A DNA stretch of 64,000 nt from an uncultured Clostridia bacterium (GCA_947627485.1 CANQWF010000001.1:8101-72100); one strand, 5' to 3'. Positions 1 to 8,929 are shown, counted from the stretch's first letter. The notes: generated by a model from the letters alone, not told the origin. A program made the numbers and translations.

Positions 1-536
1 TGTTTTAATACTTTTTTCAGGAGCATAAATAAGTGGTCTGATAAGTGTAATTTTAGACCTATCCATATATGATGTAGGAGCAAAAGTATTTATATTTCCA
101 CCATATAGCAAATTTAAAAAGAAAGTTTCTAAAACGTCATCTTCGTTATGACCTAAAGCTATTTTATTACATTTTTCACGAATTGCTGTGCTATTTAACA
201 TTCCTCTTCGTAGATTAGCGCATAAAGAACATGGATTTTTTTCTTTTCTAATATCAAATACAATTTCTTTTATATGACTTTGTTCTTCTATATACTGAAC
301 TCCTATATCTTCACAAATTTTTTTAAGAAAATTGCTATTAAAGAATTCAAAACCTGGATTTATACTTATTGCTATTATTTCAAATTTTTTATCGTAAAAT
401 CTTTGCAGATTTTTTAATCCCATTAATAAAGTAATGGAATCTTTTCCACCAGAAAGACCGTACTGCTATTTTATCACCATCTTGAATCATATTATAATCA
501 TCTATAGCTTTTCTAATATAACTTAAAATCCTTTGC
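1..536 (-). CDS. PP-loop ATPase, TtcA/TilS-like tRNA-modification enzyme (SGGKDS motif, CxxC). It is 5'-complete and runs off the window start. The reading frame is broken by a +1 shift at an in-frame CGG (~458-460).
   Basis: Manual minus-strand translation gives MQRILSYIRKAIDDYNMIQDGDKIAV, a one-base shift, then LSGGKDSITLLMGLKNLQRFYDKKFEIIAISINPGF...CSLCANLRRGM...ALGHNEDDVLETFFLNL. This is a PP-loop signature. It is not in the ORF track because the pieces are short or open-ended. Confidence 0.55.
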
Positions 537-714
537 ATAGTATTTCCCTTTCAAAGTAAATTCGTATAAAGGAGATAGTTTCCTTTTGCTCAAATTATTA
601 TAATATAGCAAAATGAATTTGTCAAAAGATGTATATTTAGCAAAAAGGGTATGACTCCTTTTACTGGAATTTGCTTGTCAAAGATAATAAATTAGTGTAT
701 AATATGTTTTGCAT

Positions 715-791
715 GCACTTATAGCTCAGTTGGATAGAGCGCTCCCCTCCTAAGGGAGAGGCCGCTGGTTCGAATCCAGCTAAGTGCACCA
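715..791 (+). tRNA. tRNA-Arg, anticodon CCU
   Basis: Cloverleaf GCACTTATAGCTCAGTTGGATAGAGCGCTCCCCTCCTAAGGGAGAGGCCGCTGGTTCGAATCCAGCTAAGTGCACCA. The anticodon stem is CTCCC/GGGAG with a 7-nt loop CTCCTAA. The T-loop is GGTTCGAATCC and a 3' CCA is encoded. Confidence 0.9.
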
Positions 792-805
792 TAAGAAGGT
801 TTAAT

Positions 806-1273
806 ATGATAGAAAAAGAATATTTTATGAGAGAAGCTTTAAAAGAAGCAAAAAAAGCATATAAAAAAGAAGAAATACCAGTAGGGGCAGTTATTGTTAA
901 AGAAGGAAAAATAATTGCAAGAGCCCATAATTTAAAGGAGCTTAAAAAAAGTAGTATTTCTCATGCAGAAATATTGGCAATTCAGAAAGCCAGTAAAAAA
1001 TTAAATGCATGGAGACTAGAAGAATGTGAGATGTATATAACTTTGGAACCATGTATGATGTGTATGGGAGCAATTATTAATTCTAGAATAAAAAAGATAT
1101 ATATTGGTACACTCGATCCAAAAACTGGAGCATGTGAATCTGTTATAAATATAGAGAATTATAAATTTAATCATGTAGTAGAAATAGAAACAGGAATATT
1201 AAAAGAAGAGTGTGAATATATTTTAAAAGATTTTTTTAAAATGTTAAGAGCTAAGAAACGGAGGAAAAAATGA
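806..1273 (+). CDS. tadA: tRNA-specific adenosine deaminase TadA (CMP/dCMP deaminase zinc-binding: HAEILAI, PCMMCMGAI). The last codons contain an in-frame CGG at 1259.
   Basis: ORF track protein; conserved HAE and PCxxC zinc-ligand motifs. Confidence 0.85.
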   Translation: MIEKEYFMREALKEAKKAYKKEEIPVGAVIVKEGKIIARAHNLKELKKSSISHAEILAIQKASKKLNAWRLEECEMYITLEPCMMCMGAIINSRIKKIYIGTLDPKTGACESVINIENYKFNHVVEIETGILKEECEYILKDFFKMLRAKKRRKK

Positions 1274-2016
1274 AGAGAAGTAGCTTCTCAAAAAAGAGAA
1301 TAATACATGCAAGTATAGTGTTTTTTGTAATAGCAATGATAATATTAGTTGCTATATTGCTTATGTTTAAATATAATGTAGAAGGAGAAAGAAATTTACC
1401 CTTTAAATTAAAAGAAATTAACATTGTAAGTACTGCAGAATCAGATATAAAAAAAGATAAAAATGAAGAGTGGAATGCAAAGATAATGCAAAAAAATGAT
1501 ATATTTTTTGTGATTGAAAAAAACAGTAATTATAAAAAGGAAGATGCAATTAAAAAAGTATGTTTTGAAAATTTTCAAATTACGAAAGCAAATAAAAATA
1601 TGATAGTTAATATTTATAAACCAACAGTATCATCTAGTAAATATGAGTATTCTGATGAATATAAAATAGAAAATTCATTAGAATATTTAGGTGGTCAATC
1701 AACTAATACAGAAACTCTGCAGATTAATAATCAAGGTGGAGTAATTGGATTTAGTATAGCTTCTGATAATATAGGAGAATACACTTTCTCAGAAAACGAA
1801 ACATTACCTAGTGATGGAAGATTGCTTGCTAAAGCTGGTGTAAAATTAGAAGACATATCTTTTAAAGTTTCTTTTGATATGATAATTGAAACTGAGTCTA
1901 ACCATAAATTTAAATCAAATATAGTTTTAGATTTACCAATTGGTAATATAATAAAAGAAGGAGTTGGTACTTTAAAAGATACAGAATTACAAAACGTTAT
2001 ATTTAAAAGATTTTAA
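1270..2016 (+). CDS. Hypothetical membrane-anchored protein (N-terminal TM helix, extracytoplasmic domain)
   Basis: ORF track; hydrophobic segment IIHASIVFFVIAMIILVAILLMF; coding-like composition. The RBS AAACGGAGG overlaps the tadA stop. Confidence 0.5.
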   Translation: MKRSSFSKKRIIHASIVFFVIAMIILVAILLMFKYNVEGERNLPFKLKEINIVSTAESDIKKDKNEEWNAKIMQKNDIFFVIEKNSNYKKEDAIKKVCFENFQITKANKNMIVNIYKPTVSSSKYEYSDEYKIENSLEYLGGQSTNTETLQINNQGGVIGFSIASDNIGEYTFSENETLPSDGRLLAKAGVKLEDISFKVSFDMIIETESNHKFKSNIVLDLPIGNIIKEGVGTLKDTELQNVIFKRF

Positions 2017-2036
2017 ATATAAATATAAATTGAGAT

Positions 2037-2190
2037 AAATTGTTATTTGTAATATTGAATTTATTTAGGTATTTCTCTTGGAAACGGGTCGCCGAAGGCG
2101 GCGACCCCTACAAATATTAACGTGTATTGTAGGGGACGCACCCCTGGGCGTCCCGCCCTCAAAATTTTTCATTCTACAAACAACAATTTA
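2037..2190. repeat. MITE-like palindromic intergenic repeat, family A, copy 1 (degenerate left TIR)
   Basis: It has terminal inverted repeats AAATTGT(T/A)(A/G)TTTGTA...TACAAACAACAATTTA. It has internal GC-rich hairpins GGGTCGCCGAAGGCGGCGACCC and GGGGACGCACCCCTGGGCGTCCC. It is about 90% identical to 6602-6755 and to the reverse complement of 55388-55541. Confidence 0.75.
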
Positions 2191-2221
2191 TTAAAAAGCA
2201 AATTGAAAACAATAAAAAGGC

Positions 2222-2250
2222 TTGATTAAATTTAAATAAAATTATATAAT
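2222..2250 (+). promoter_or_regulatory. Putative sigma-A promoter for ffs (TTGATT-17-TATAAT)
   Basis: TTGATT at ~2222 and TATAAT at ~2245 with a 17-nt spacer, directly upstream of the SRP RNA motif. Confidence 0.4.
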
Positions 2251-2269
2251 CGAATAGCAAGGGTAATAA

Positions 2270-2382
2270 ATTAACTTTTGTATGGAGAGTAATTCAATAG
2301 AAACTTACGAATCTCGTCAGGTCCGGAAGGAAGCAGCGATAAGTAGGCAACTTCTATGTGAGTTGCTTTCCATAGAGAAGTT
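2270..2382 (+). ncRNA. ffs: Signal recognition particle RNA (4.5S/scRNA-type, short form)
   Basis: It contains the near-invariant domain IV sequence GTCAGGTCCGGAAGGAAGCAGC (~2315-2337). The flanks can form an imperfect long helix (AATAGAAACTTACGAATCTC...GCAACTTCTATG). It sits immediately upstream of dnaX as in Bacillus and Clostridium. The 5' and 3' ends are approximate. Confidence 0.55.
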
Positions 2383-2406
2383 AATTTATAATTTAAGGGG
2401 GAAAAC

Positions 2407-4014
2407 ATGTCATATACAGCATTATATAGAAAATTTAGACCATTAAATTTTAGTGAAATGGTTGGTCAAGAACATATTACAGATACATTAAGAAAGCAAG
2501 TAATTGCTGGAAGAGTTGGACATGCATACCTTTTTAATGGTGGAAGAGGAACTGGAAAAACGTCTGCAGCAAAAATTTTAGCAAGGGCAATAAATTGTTT
2601 AAATCCACATGATGGAGAGCCATGTAATGAATGTGAGATATGTAAGGCGATTATTTCTGGATCGCTTACAGATGTTGTTGAGATGGATGCAGCTTCTAAT
2701 AATAGTGTTGATGATATAAGAAGCATAAGAGAAGAGGTAAATTTTTTGCCAACACGAGCAAAATATAGAGTATATATTATAGATGAGGTACATATGTTAT
2801 CAACGGGAGCATTTAACGCATTACTTAAAACATTGGAAGAGCCACCAGAGCATGTTAAATTTATACTTGCAACAACAGAACCCCAAAAATTACCAGCAAC
2901 AATTCTTTCAAGATGTCAAAGATTTGACTTTAAACGAATATCAAATCAGGACGTTGTAAAAAGATTAAAAATAATATGCAAAGAAAGTAATATAGATATA
3001 ACAGAAGATGCTTTAAAAATAATAGCTGTACTTTCAGAAGGAGCAATGCGTGATGCAATCAGTATTTTAGAAAGATGCATTGGAGAACAAAAAGGTCTAA
3101 TTGATGAAAATAGTGTAAGAGATTTAGTGGGAATTCCTAAAACTACTCAAATCTATTCTATAGTTAAAGCTATTATCGAAGAGAATACTGATGAAGTAAT
3201 AACAAATACTAATAATATAATAAATGAAGGAAAAGATGTTAATAATTTTTTATGGGAAATAATAAAGTATATAAAAGATATATTAGTATATAAATCAAGC
3301 AAAACATTAGAGATATATAATAATGAAGAAAAAGAACAAATAAATGAATTAGCAGAAAAAATATCTAAAGAAAGATTATTACATTTAATTTATGAGCTAT
3401 CTGAACTTTCTAGTACAATTAAAGGATCATCGCAAAAAACATTAATATTTGAAGCGGGAATGATAAAAGCATGTATGAATTTAGAAACTAGAAGTAAAAA
3501 TTTAGATAATAGTAATACTGATAAGGTAGGATTAGATGTAAACACGGTGGAAAAATTTAACAGTCAAAGCACAAATAAAAGTATTATAAATAAAGAAGAA
3601 ACAAACAATGTAAGTAAGATTACATCTGATTTAAAAGATGATAAAAGTAAAGTTACAAAAAATAAAACAGTATCTAATACAGCAAATGTTTCATATTGGA
3701 ATAATGTAATTGAAAAAATAAAACAAAATGGTAAGATAAGTATATATGTTAATCTTATTGGAAGTACTGCAAGAGAAGTAAATGATATGACAATAGAAGT
3801 ATTAATTGCAAATAAAAATAATTTTGCAAAACAAATATTAGAATCACATGAAAACAAAGTTGAAATAGAAAAAATTGTATCTATGGAAGCCGGAAAAACT
3901 ATGAATGTAAAATTTATAACTGCAGAGGATAAAAAAAAAGATAATTTAAAATCTAATTCTATTGAAAATATAATAACAGATTTAGATATACCAATTAATA
4001 TTATAGATGAATAA
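2407..4014 (+). CDS. dnaX: DNA polymerase III subunits gamma/tau
   Basis: ORF track; Walker A GGRGTGKTS; clamp-loader motifs. An N/K-rich low-complexity linker precedes the tau C-terminal domain. Confidence 0.9.
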   Translation: MSYTALYRKFRPLNFSEMVGQEHITDTLRKQVIAGRVGHAYLFNGGRGTGKTSAAKILARAINCLNPHDGEPCNECEICKAIISGSLTDVVEMDAASNNSVDDIRSIREEVNFLPTRAKYRVYIIDEVHMLSTGAFNALLKTLEEPPEHVKFILATTEPQKLPATILSRCQRFDFKRISNQDVVKRLKIICKESNIDITEDALKIIAVLSEGAMRDAISILERCIGEQKGLIDENSVRDLVGIPKTTQIYSIVKAIIEENTDEVITNTNNIINEGKDVNNFLWEIIKYIKDILVYKSSKTLEIYNNEEKEQINELAEKISKERLLHLIYELSELSSTIKGSSQKTLIFEAGMIKACMNLETRSKNLDNSNTDKVGLDVNTVEKFNSQSTNKSIINKEETNNVSKITSDLKDDKSKVTKNKTVSNTANVSYWNNVIEKIKQNGKISIYVNLIGSTAREVNDMTIEVLIANKNNFAKQILESHENKVEIEKIVSMEAGKTMNVKFITAEDKKKDNLKSNSIENIITDLDIPINIIDE

Positions 4015-4032
4015 AGAAAGGAGAGAATTGGA

Positions 4033-4374
4033 ATGTCAAAAAGAGGTGGATTCCCAGGAATGGGTGGATTTGGAGGAATGAATATCAACCAATTAATGAA
4101 AGAAGCAAAAAAAATGCAAGCAGATATTGAAAAATCACAAGAAGAATTGCAGTCAAAGGAATTTGAAGCTACAGCAGGTGGTGGAGCAATAAGCGTAAAA
4201 GTAAGTGGAAACAAAGAAATAAAAGAAATAAATATAAGCAAAGATGTTGTAGATCCTGACGACGTTGAAATGCTACAAGATTTAATTATTACATGTATAA
4301 ATGAGGCATTAAGGAAAGTAGACAGTGCACAAAGTGAATCTATGGGGAAATATAATATACCAGGTATGTTTTAA
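4033..4374 (+). CDS. ybaB: Nucleoid-associated protein YbaB/EbfC
   Basis: ORF track; 113 aa; dnaX-ybaB-recR synteny. Confidence 0.85.
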   Translation: MSKRGGFPGMGGFGGMNINQLMKEAKKMQADIEKSQEELQSKEFEATAGGGAISVKVSGNKEIKEINISKDVVDPDDVEMLQDLIITCINEALRKVDSAQSESMGKYNIPGMF

Positions 4375-4481
4375 TATGATAATACTTATTGATGTGCAAT
4401 GGGAACACATAGCGCATCAGAACTAGTAAATCTAAAGAAAAACCTGTGTCTCCATGCAATTATAAAGGGGGATGATGTAAT

Positions 4482-5081
4482 ATGTCATTCTATTCACCAT
4501 CAATAGAAAAATTAATAGAAAGTTTTGAAAAATTACCAAGTATTGGACATAAAACTGCGGTAAGATTGGCTTTTCATATGTTAGATTTAAATGAGGAAGA
4601 TACAAATAAATTTATTAAATCTATAATAAATGCAAAAGAAAACTTAAAATATTGCAGTATATGTTATAATATATCAGATACTGACCCATGCCCAATATGC
4701 GGTAGTGCTAAAAGAGATAGTTCAGTAATATGCGTTGTAGAAGATGTAAGGGATATAATGGCAATGGAAAGAACACATGAATTTAAGGGTGTTTATCATG
4801 TATTGCATGGTACAATATCACCTATGAATGGGATTGGACCAGAAGATATAAAAATAAAAGAATTATTAAACCGTATAGGAAACGGAAATATAAAAGAAAT
4901 AATTATAGCAACAAATCCTAGAGTAGAAGGAGAAGCAACAGCTATATATTTATCAAAAATAATAAAACCGTTAGGAATAAAAGTAACAAGAATAGCACAT
5001 GGTATACCTGTTGGTGGAGATTTAGAATATACAGATGAAATTACTCTTAGTAAGGCTCTAGAAGGAAGAAGAGAGCTATGA
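4482..5081 (+). CDS. recR: Recombination protein RecR (C4 zinc finger CxxC...CxxC, Toprim)
   Basis: ORF track; [16 protein letters not shown] zinc finger. Confidence 0.9.
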   Translation: MSFYSPSIEKLIESFEKLPSIGHKTAVRLAFHMLDLNEEDTNKFIKSIINAKENLKYCSICYNISDTDPCPICGSAKRDSSVICVVEDVRDIMAMERTHEFKGVYHVLHGTISPMNGIGPEDIKIKELLNRIGNGNIKEIIIATNPRVEGEATAIYLSKIIKPLGIKVTRIAHGIPVGGDLEYTDEITLSKALEGRREL

Positions 5082-5228
5082 TGAAAGAATAGCTAAGTTA
5101 TCTCCAAGTGCAGAAAAAAAACCAGAAAGAATAGCTAATTCTTCCCTGTTAAATTCCTTGCTTAGTGCAATTGCAATAGTGCTAGCAAGGGCAACAAGTT
5201 CACAATTAGAAAAATCGGATAAACACAT
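5076..5228 (-). CDS. Small hypothetical protein (~50 aa, Ala/Leu-rich amphipathic), convergent with and overlapping the recR stop
   Basis: Manual translation gives [51 protein letters not shown] strong RBS AAGAGGTG lies 5 nt upstream of the ATG. It is below the ORF-track size cut-off. Confidence 0.25.
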   Translation of the reverse strand: MCLSDFSNCELVALASTIAIALSKEFNREELAILSGFFSALGDNLAILSS

Positions 5229-5231
5229 AAA

Positions 5232-5268
5232 AACACCTCTTAATAATATATGAGGTGTTATTTTTAAT
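5232..5268 (+). terminator. Rho-independent terminator after the dnaX-ybaB-recR operon
   Basis: Hairpin AACACCTC-N12-GAGGTGTT followed by ATTTTTAAT. Confidence 0.5.
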
Positions 5269-5275
5269 GTTTAAT

Positions 5276-5387
5276 AAATTGTTGTTTGTGTTAGGGGAAT
5301 TCTAGGGACTGTCCCTACAAAATCACCAAATTTGGGGATTTTTGGGACTGTCCTGAATTCTCCAAACAAAAAACAAACTACAATTTA
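5276..5387. repeat. MITE-like palindromic intergenic repeat, family B, copy 1
   Basis: The TIRs are AAATTGTTGTTTGTG...CAAACTACAATTTA. The core is GGGACTGTCCC...TTTGGGGATTTTTGGGACTGTCCTGAATT. It is about 85% identical to 61768-61878. Confidence 0.7.
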
Positions 5388-6541
5388 CCTAATAATATTT
5401 CACAAATATCTCTAGTGGAGTTCTTTTTAGCTAAAAGCCTAGCATTTATCTTCATAGAATATAACTTACTTTCTGAGTTTAAAACTTTGTAAAGTTCTTC
5501 CTCAATATTATCATGCTTTTTAATCCATACCGCAACCCCTTTGCTTTCTAAGAATTCAGCATTTTCTACTTCTTGACCAGGTATAGGATTTATCACTATT
5601 ATTGGAAGTTCTGATGCTAAACTTTCGGTAGTGGTAAGCCCCCCAGGTTTAGTAATAACTAAATCAGATATACTCATAAGTTCAGGAATTTTATCTGTAT
5701 ATGGTAAAACTATAACATTTTTACTAGAGTTTTTTGAAACTAACTCGTCAAATTGTTTTTTTATTTTTTCATTTTTTCCAGAAATAGCAATGATTTGAAA
5801 ATCAGTAAAATCTTCTACAAGGGTTTGAAAAATTTTAAATACTTTATCTTTTCCAAAGCCTTGCTCTCCACCAGCAAAAAATAGTATAGTTTTTTTATTA
5901 GGAGACAAACTAAATTCTGATAATATTTTTTCTTTATCATAATGTGATAAAAATCTATTTGATAATGGGATTCCAGTTACTTTAATTTGATCCTCTTTGA
6001 TTCCACTTTTTAAAAGACTGTCTTTCATTCCATCATGTGCTATAAAAAAATAATTTATATATTGATGATACATAAGCCATTGACTATGTGGAGCATAATC
6101 TGTAATTATTGTTGCAATTTTCGAATTTATTTTTTTCTTTTTTTTCAATATTGCACACATATGACTACTAAATGGATGAGTTGATATTATTAAATCTGGA
6201 TTATAATCTTGTATTAATTTATTTAATTTTATTGATAATAATTTTTGAGTACTATCATTCACTTTAGAGAGAGTTCCATTTTCTGAACCATAATAAATCT
6301 TTTTCCATACCCAGTGGGCATTTTTCGCCATTTCAGAATAGGCTTTTACTGTAATTTTATTTAAAGCCTTATTAATATATTCAATGCAATCTATCATAGA
6401 TACTTCTATATTTGGATAATTCTCATTTATATATTCGTTTATGCTTCTAGCAGCAGATAAATGTCCACCACCATATGAACCATAAAAAATTAAAATTTTT
6501 TTCATAAATAGAAACCTCGTTATATTTGTTATTTTATTCAA
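5378..6541 (-). CDS. GT28-family glycosyltransferase, MGDG-synthase/UgtP-like diacylglycerol glycosyltransferase
   Basis: ORF track, 387 aa. It has an N-terminal MGDG-synthase-like region and a C-terminal GT-B domain with the (T)KPGG motif (VITKPGGLTTTESLA). Confidence 0.7.
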   Translation of the reverse strand: MNKITNITRFLFMKKILIFYGSYGGGHLSAARSINEYINENYPNIEVSMIDCIEYINKALNKITVKAYSEMAKNAHWVWKKIYYGSENGTLSKVNDSTQKLLSIKLNKLIQDYNPDLIISTHPFSSHMCAILKKKKKINSKIATIITDYAPHSQWLMYHQYINYFFIAHDGMKDSLLKSGIKEDQIKVTGIPLSNRFLSHYDKEKILSEFSLSPNKKTILFFAGGEQGFGKDKVFKIFQTLVEDFTDFQIIAISGKNEKIKKQFDELVSKNSSKNVIVLPYTDKIPELMSISDLVITKPGGLTTTESLASELPIIVINPIPGQEVENAEFLESKGVAVWIKKHDNIEEELYKVLNSESKLYSMKINARLLAKKNSTRDICEILLGKL

Positions 6542-6601
6542 TTATACCATAAAAATTTATAAAAAAAGTATAATTTTTCAAAAAGAATATAAACTATAAA
6601 T

Positions 6602-6755
6602 AAATTGTAGTTTGTAGTATTGAATTTATTTAAGTATTTTTCTTGGAAACGGGTCGCCGAAGGCGGCGACCCCTACAAATATTAACGTGTATAGTAGGGG
6701 ACGCACCCTTGGGCGTCCCGCTCTCAAAAATTTTCATTCTACAAACAACAATTTA
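6602..6755. repeat. MITE-like palindromic intergenic repeat, family A, copy 2
   Basis: Same TIRs and internal hairpins as 2037-2190. Confidence 0.8.
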
Positions 6756-6780
6756 TCTAACTTAACGAAATGGAGATAAG

Positions 6781-7245
6781 ATGAAAAAAGTTTTGTATAT
6801 TATTTTAATAATTATATTTTTTATTTTTTTAATATATTTTTCGAAAAATGCAAGTAATAATAAGGTTTTAGCCGCAACAAGCAATTCAGCTTCAGACTTG
6901 CAACTTATGGCTAGAGCAATAAATGGAGAGGCAAGAGGAGAAAGTTATGAAGGACAAGTTGCTGTTGGAGCAGTAATAATGAACAGAGTAAAACATAGTG
7001 ACTTTCCAAACACAATTGCTGGAGTAATTTACCAGCCAGGGGCATTTACAGCAGTATCTGATGGACAAATAAACGTACCAATAGATAACTCGTCAACAGT
7101 AGTAAAAGCAGCACAAGATGCTTTGAATGGATGGGATCCAACAGGAGGATGTATTTATTATTTTAATCCAAATACTGCTACAAGCAAGTGGATATGGTCC
7201 AAAACGATAGTAAAAACAATTGGAAAACATCATTTTTGTAAATAA
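6781..7245 (+). CDS. sleB: Spore cortex-lytic enzyme SleB-type cell-wall hydrolase (Hydrolase_2 domain) with signal peptide
   Basis: ORF track. The conserved region is ARAINGEARGESYEGQVAVGAVIMNRV...AGVIYQPGAFTAV. ypeB is immediately downstream. Confidence 0.65.
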   Translation: MKKVLYIILIIIFFIFLIYFSKNASNNKVLAATSNSASDLQLMARAINGEARGESYEGQVAVGAVIMNRVKHSDFPNTIAGVIYQPGAFTAVSDGQINVPIDNSSTVVKAAQDALNGWDPTGGCIYYFNPNTATSKWIWSKTIVKTIGKHHFCK

Positions 7246-7278
7246 TTTAGAATAATAAAATTTGATTGGAGAGAAAGT

Positions 7279-8652
7279 ATGAATAAAATTTTAAAAACAA
7301 TGAAAAAAAATTATCTTTATGGAATTATGATATTATTAGTAATAATAAGTATAGTGTTGGGATATTTTTTATATAAGAAAAATGAAGAATATAGTACAGC
7401 AACTCATAATCAGTATAATTTAGCTTTATATGAATTAATTGACTATGTACAAGATGTAGAAAATTATTTGGCAAAAGCAACTATTACAAGTACTCCAGAA
7501 CATGGAGCAGAAACTCTTAGCAAGGTATGGAGAGAAGCAAATTTAGCACAAGTATATTTGGCACAACTTCCAGTATCAAGCACAGAACTTGCTAATACTG
7601 CTAAATTCTTAAATCAAGTGAGTGAATATAGTTATTCACTTACAAGAAAAAACATATATGATGAAAAGCTTACTCAAGAGGATTTGGATAATTTAAAACA
7701 ATTACATGACTATAGTCAAGAATTAAAAAATACACTAGATCAATTATCTACAGATATGAATGAAGGTAGAATAAGTTGGGATGAATTAACTAAAAATACA
7801 GAAGTTGCATTTGCTGAGCAGGTTGATAATTTATCTGCTGAAACATTTAAAAATTTAGATGAAAATTTCGGAGAATATGCTGGTTTAATTTATGATGGAG
7901 CATTTTCAGAGCATATGGAATCTGTAGAAAAAAAAGGCCTTACAGGAGAAGAAATAAATGAAGATAAAGCAAGACAAATAGCAACAGATTTTATTGGAGA
8001 AGATAAAATTATAGAATTGAATTCTAATGGATTAATAGAAAATGGAGATATACAAGTATTTGATTTTAGTAGCAAAGTAAAAGATGGAGATGAAAACAAT
8101 CCACTTACAATATCAATATCTAAAAAAGGTGGACATATTGTAAATATGAACTATAATAGGCAAGTAGATACAGAAGTACTTTCTCAAGATGAAGCAAATA
8201 ATATAGGAAAAGAGTTTTTAAAATCACGTGGAATTGAAAATATGAAAGAAACATATTATTTAAAAGAATCAGGAATTGTAACAATAAATTATGCTTATCA
8301 GCAAGATGGAGTAGTTGTATATCCAGATTTAATTAAATTAAAAGTTGCATTAGATAATGGAGAAATTTTAGGAATGGAAACAAGTGGATATTTAAATAAT
8401 CATACTGTAAGAGACATCTCAAAAGTAAAAATAACAAAAGAGCAAGCTAAAGCAGACTTAAATAAGAATTTAGAGATAACAAGTGAAGGATTAGCTATAA
8501 TTCCAACAGAATGGAAAACAGAAATACTTTGTTATGAATTTAAAGGAAAAATAAATGATACTGATTTTCTAGTATATATAAATGCTGAAACAGGAAGAGA
8601 AGAAAATATTTTAGTAATTATAGATACACCAAATGGAATATTGACCCAGTAA
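7279..8652 (+). CDS. ypeB: Germination protein YpeB (N-terminal TM, PepSY domains)
   Basis: ORF track, 457 aa; sleB-ypeB operon arrangement. Confidence 0.75.
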   Translation: MNKILKTMKKNYLYGIMILLVIISIVLGYFLYKKNEEYSTATHNQYNLALYELIDYVQDVENYLAKATITSTPEHGAETLSKVWREANLAQVYLAQLPVSSTELANTAKFLNQVSEYSYSLTRKNIYDEKLTQEDLDNLKQLHDYSQELKNTLDQLSTDMNEGRISWDELTKNTEVAFAEQVDNLSAETFKNLDENFGEYAGLIYDGAFSEHMESVEKKGLTGEEINEDKARQIATDFIGEDKIIELNSNGLIENGDIQVFDFSSKVKDGDENNPLTISISKKGGHIVNMNYNRQVDTEVLSQDEANNIGKEFLKSRGIENMKETYYLKESGIVTINYAYQQDGVVVYPDLIKLKVALDNGEILGMETSGYLNNHTVRDISKVKITKEQAKADLNKNLEITSEGLAIIPTEWKTEILCYEFKGKINDTDFLVYINAETGREENILVIIDTPNGILTQ

Positions 8653-8764
8653 AAAAATTTACAAAATGACGAAAAATGGGATAAATTGTTAAAGTAAAAA
8701 ATATATTTTTGCAAATAATATAAATAGAAAAATGAAACTTCATTTTTCTAAAGGAGGAATTCAA

Positions 8765-8929
8765 ATGGCAAGAAGCAAAGGATTAATGTCTGAAAATCTA
8801 AAAGAAGAAATTGCAAAAGAATTAGGAGTATACGAACAAGTAAAACACGAAGGATGGGGAAGTGTATCTTCAAAAGATTGTGGTAGTATGGTAGCAAAAG
8901 CAATAGAAATAGCTAACAGAAAAGCATAG
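8765..8929 (+). CDS. Small acid-soluble spore protein, alpha/beta type. The true start is the internal ATG at 8765 with RBS AAAGGAGG.
   Basis: MARSKGLMSENLKEEIAKELGVYEQVKHEGWGSVSSKDCGSMVAKAIEIANRKA matches the SASP alpha/beta signatures K.EIA.ELG and G.MVK.AIE. The perfect RBS is upstream of the second Met, not the first. Confidence 0.8.
   Translation: MARSKGLMSENLKEEIAKELGVYEQVKHEGWGSVSSKDCGSMVAKAIEIANRKA

Noticed and set aside
715-1273. Functional link between tRNA-Arg(CCU) and the adjacent tadA
   Set aside because: TadA edits A34 of tRNA-Arg(ACG), not the CCU isoacceptor. The adjacency is probably coincidental, although it is mildly interesting given the CGG-decoding question.
2466-4241. 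Minus-strand ORFs 2466-2726, 2599-2793 and 3564-4241 overlapping dnaX
   Set aside because: They are antisense to a well-supported gene. Their composition is Ser/Ile/Phe-rich low-complexity, typical of spurious reverse-frame ORFs in AT-rich DNA. No RBS is present.
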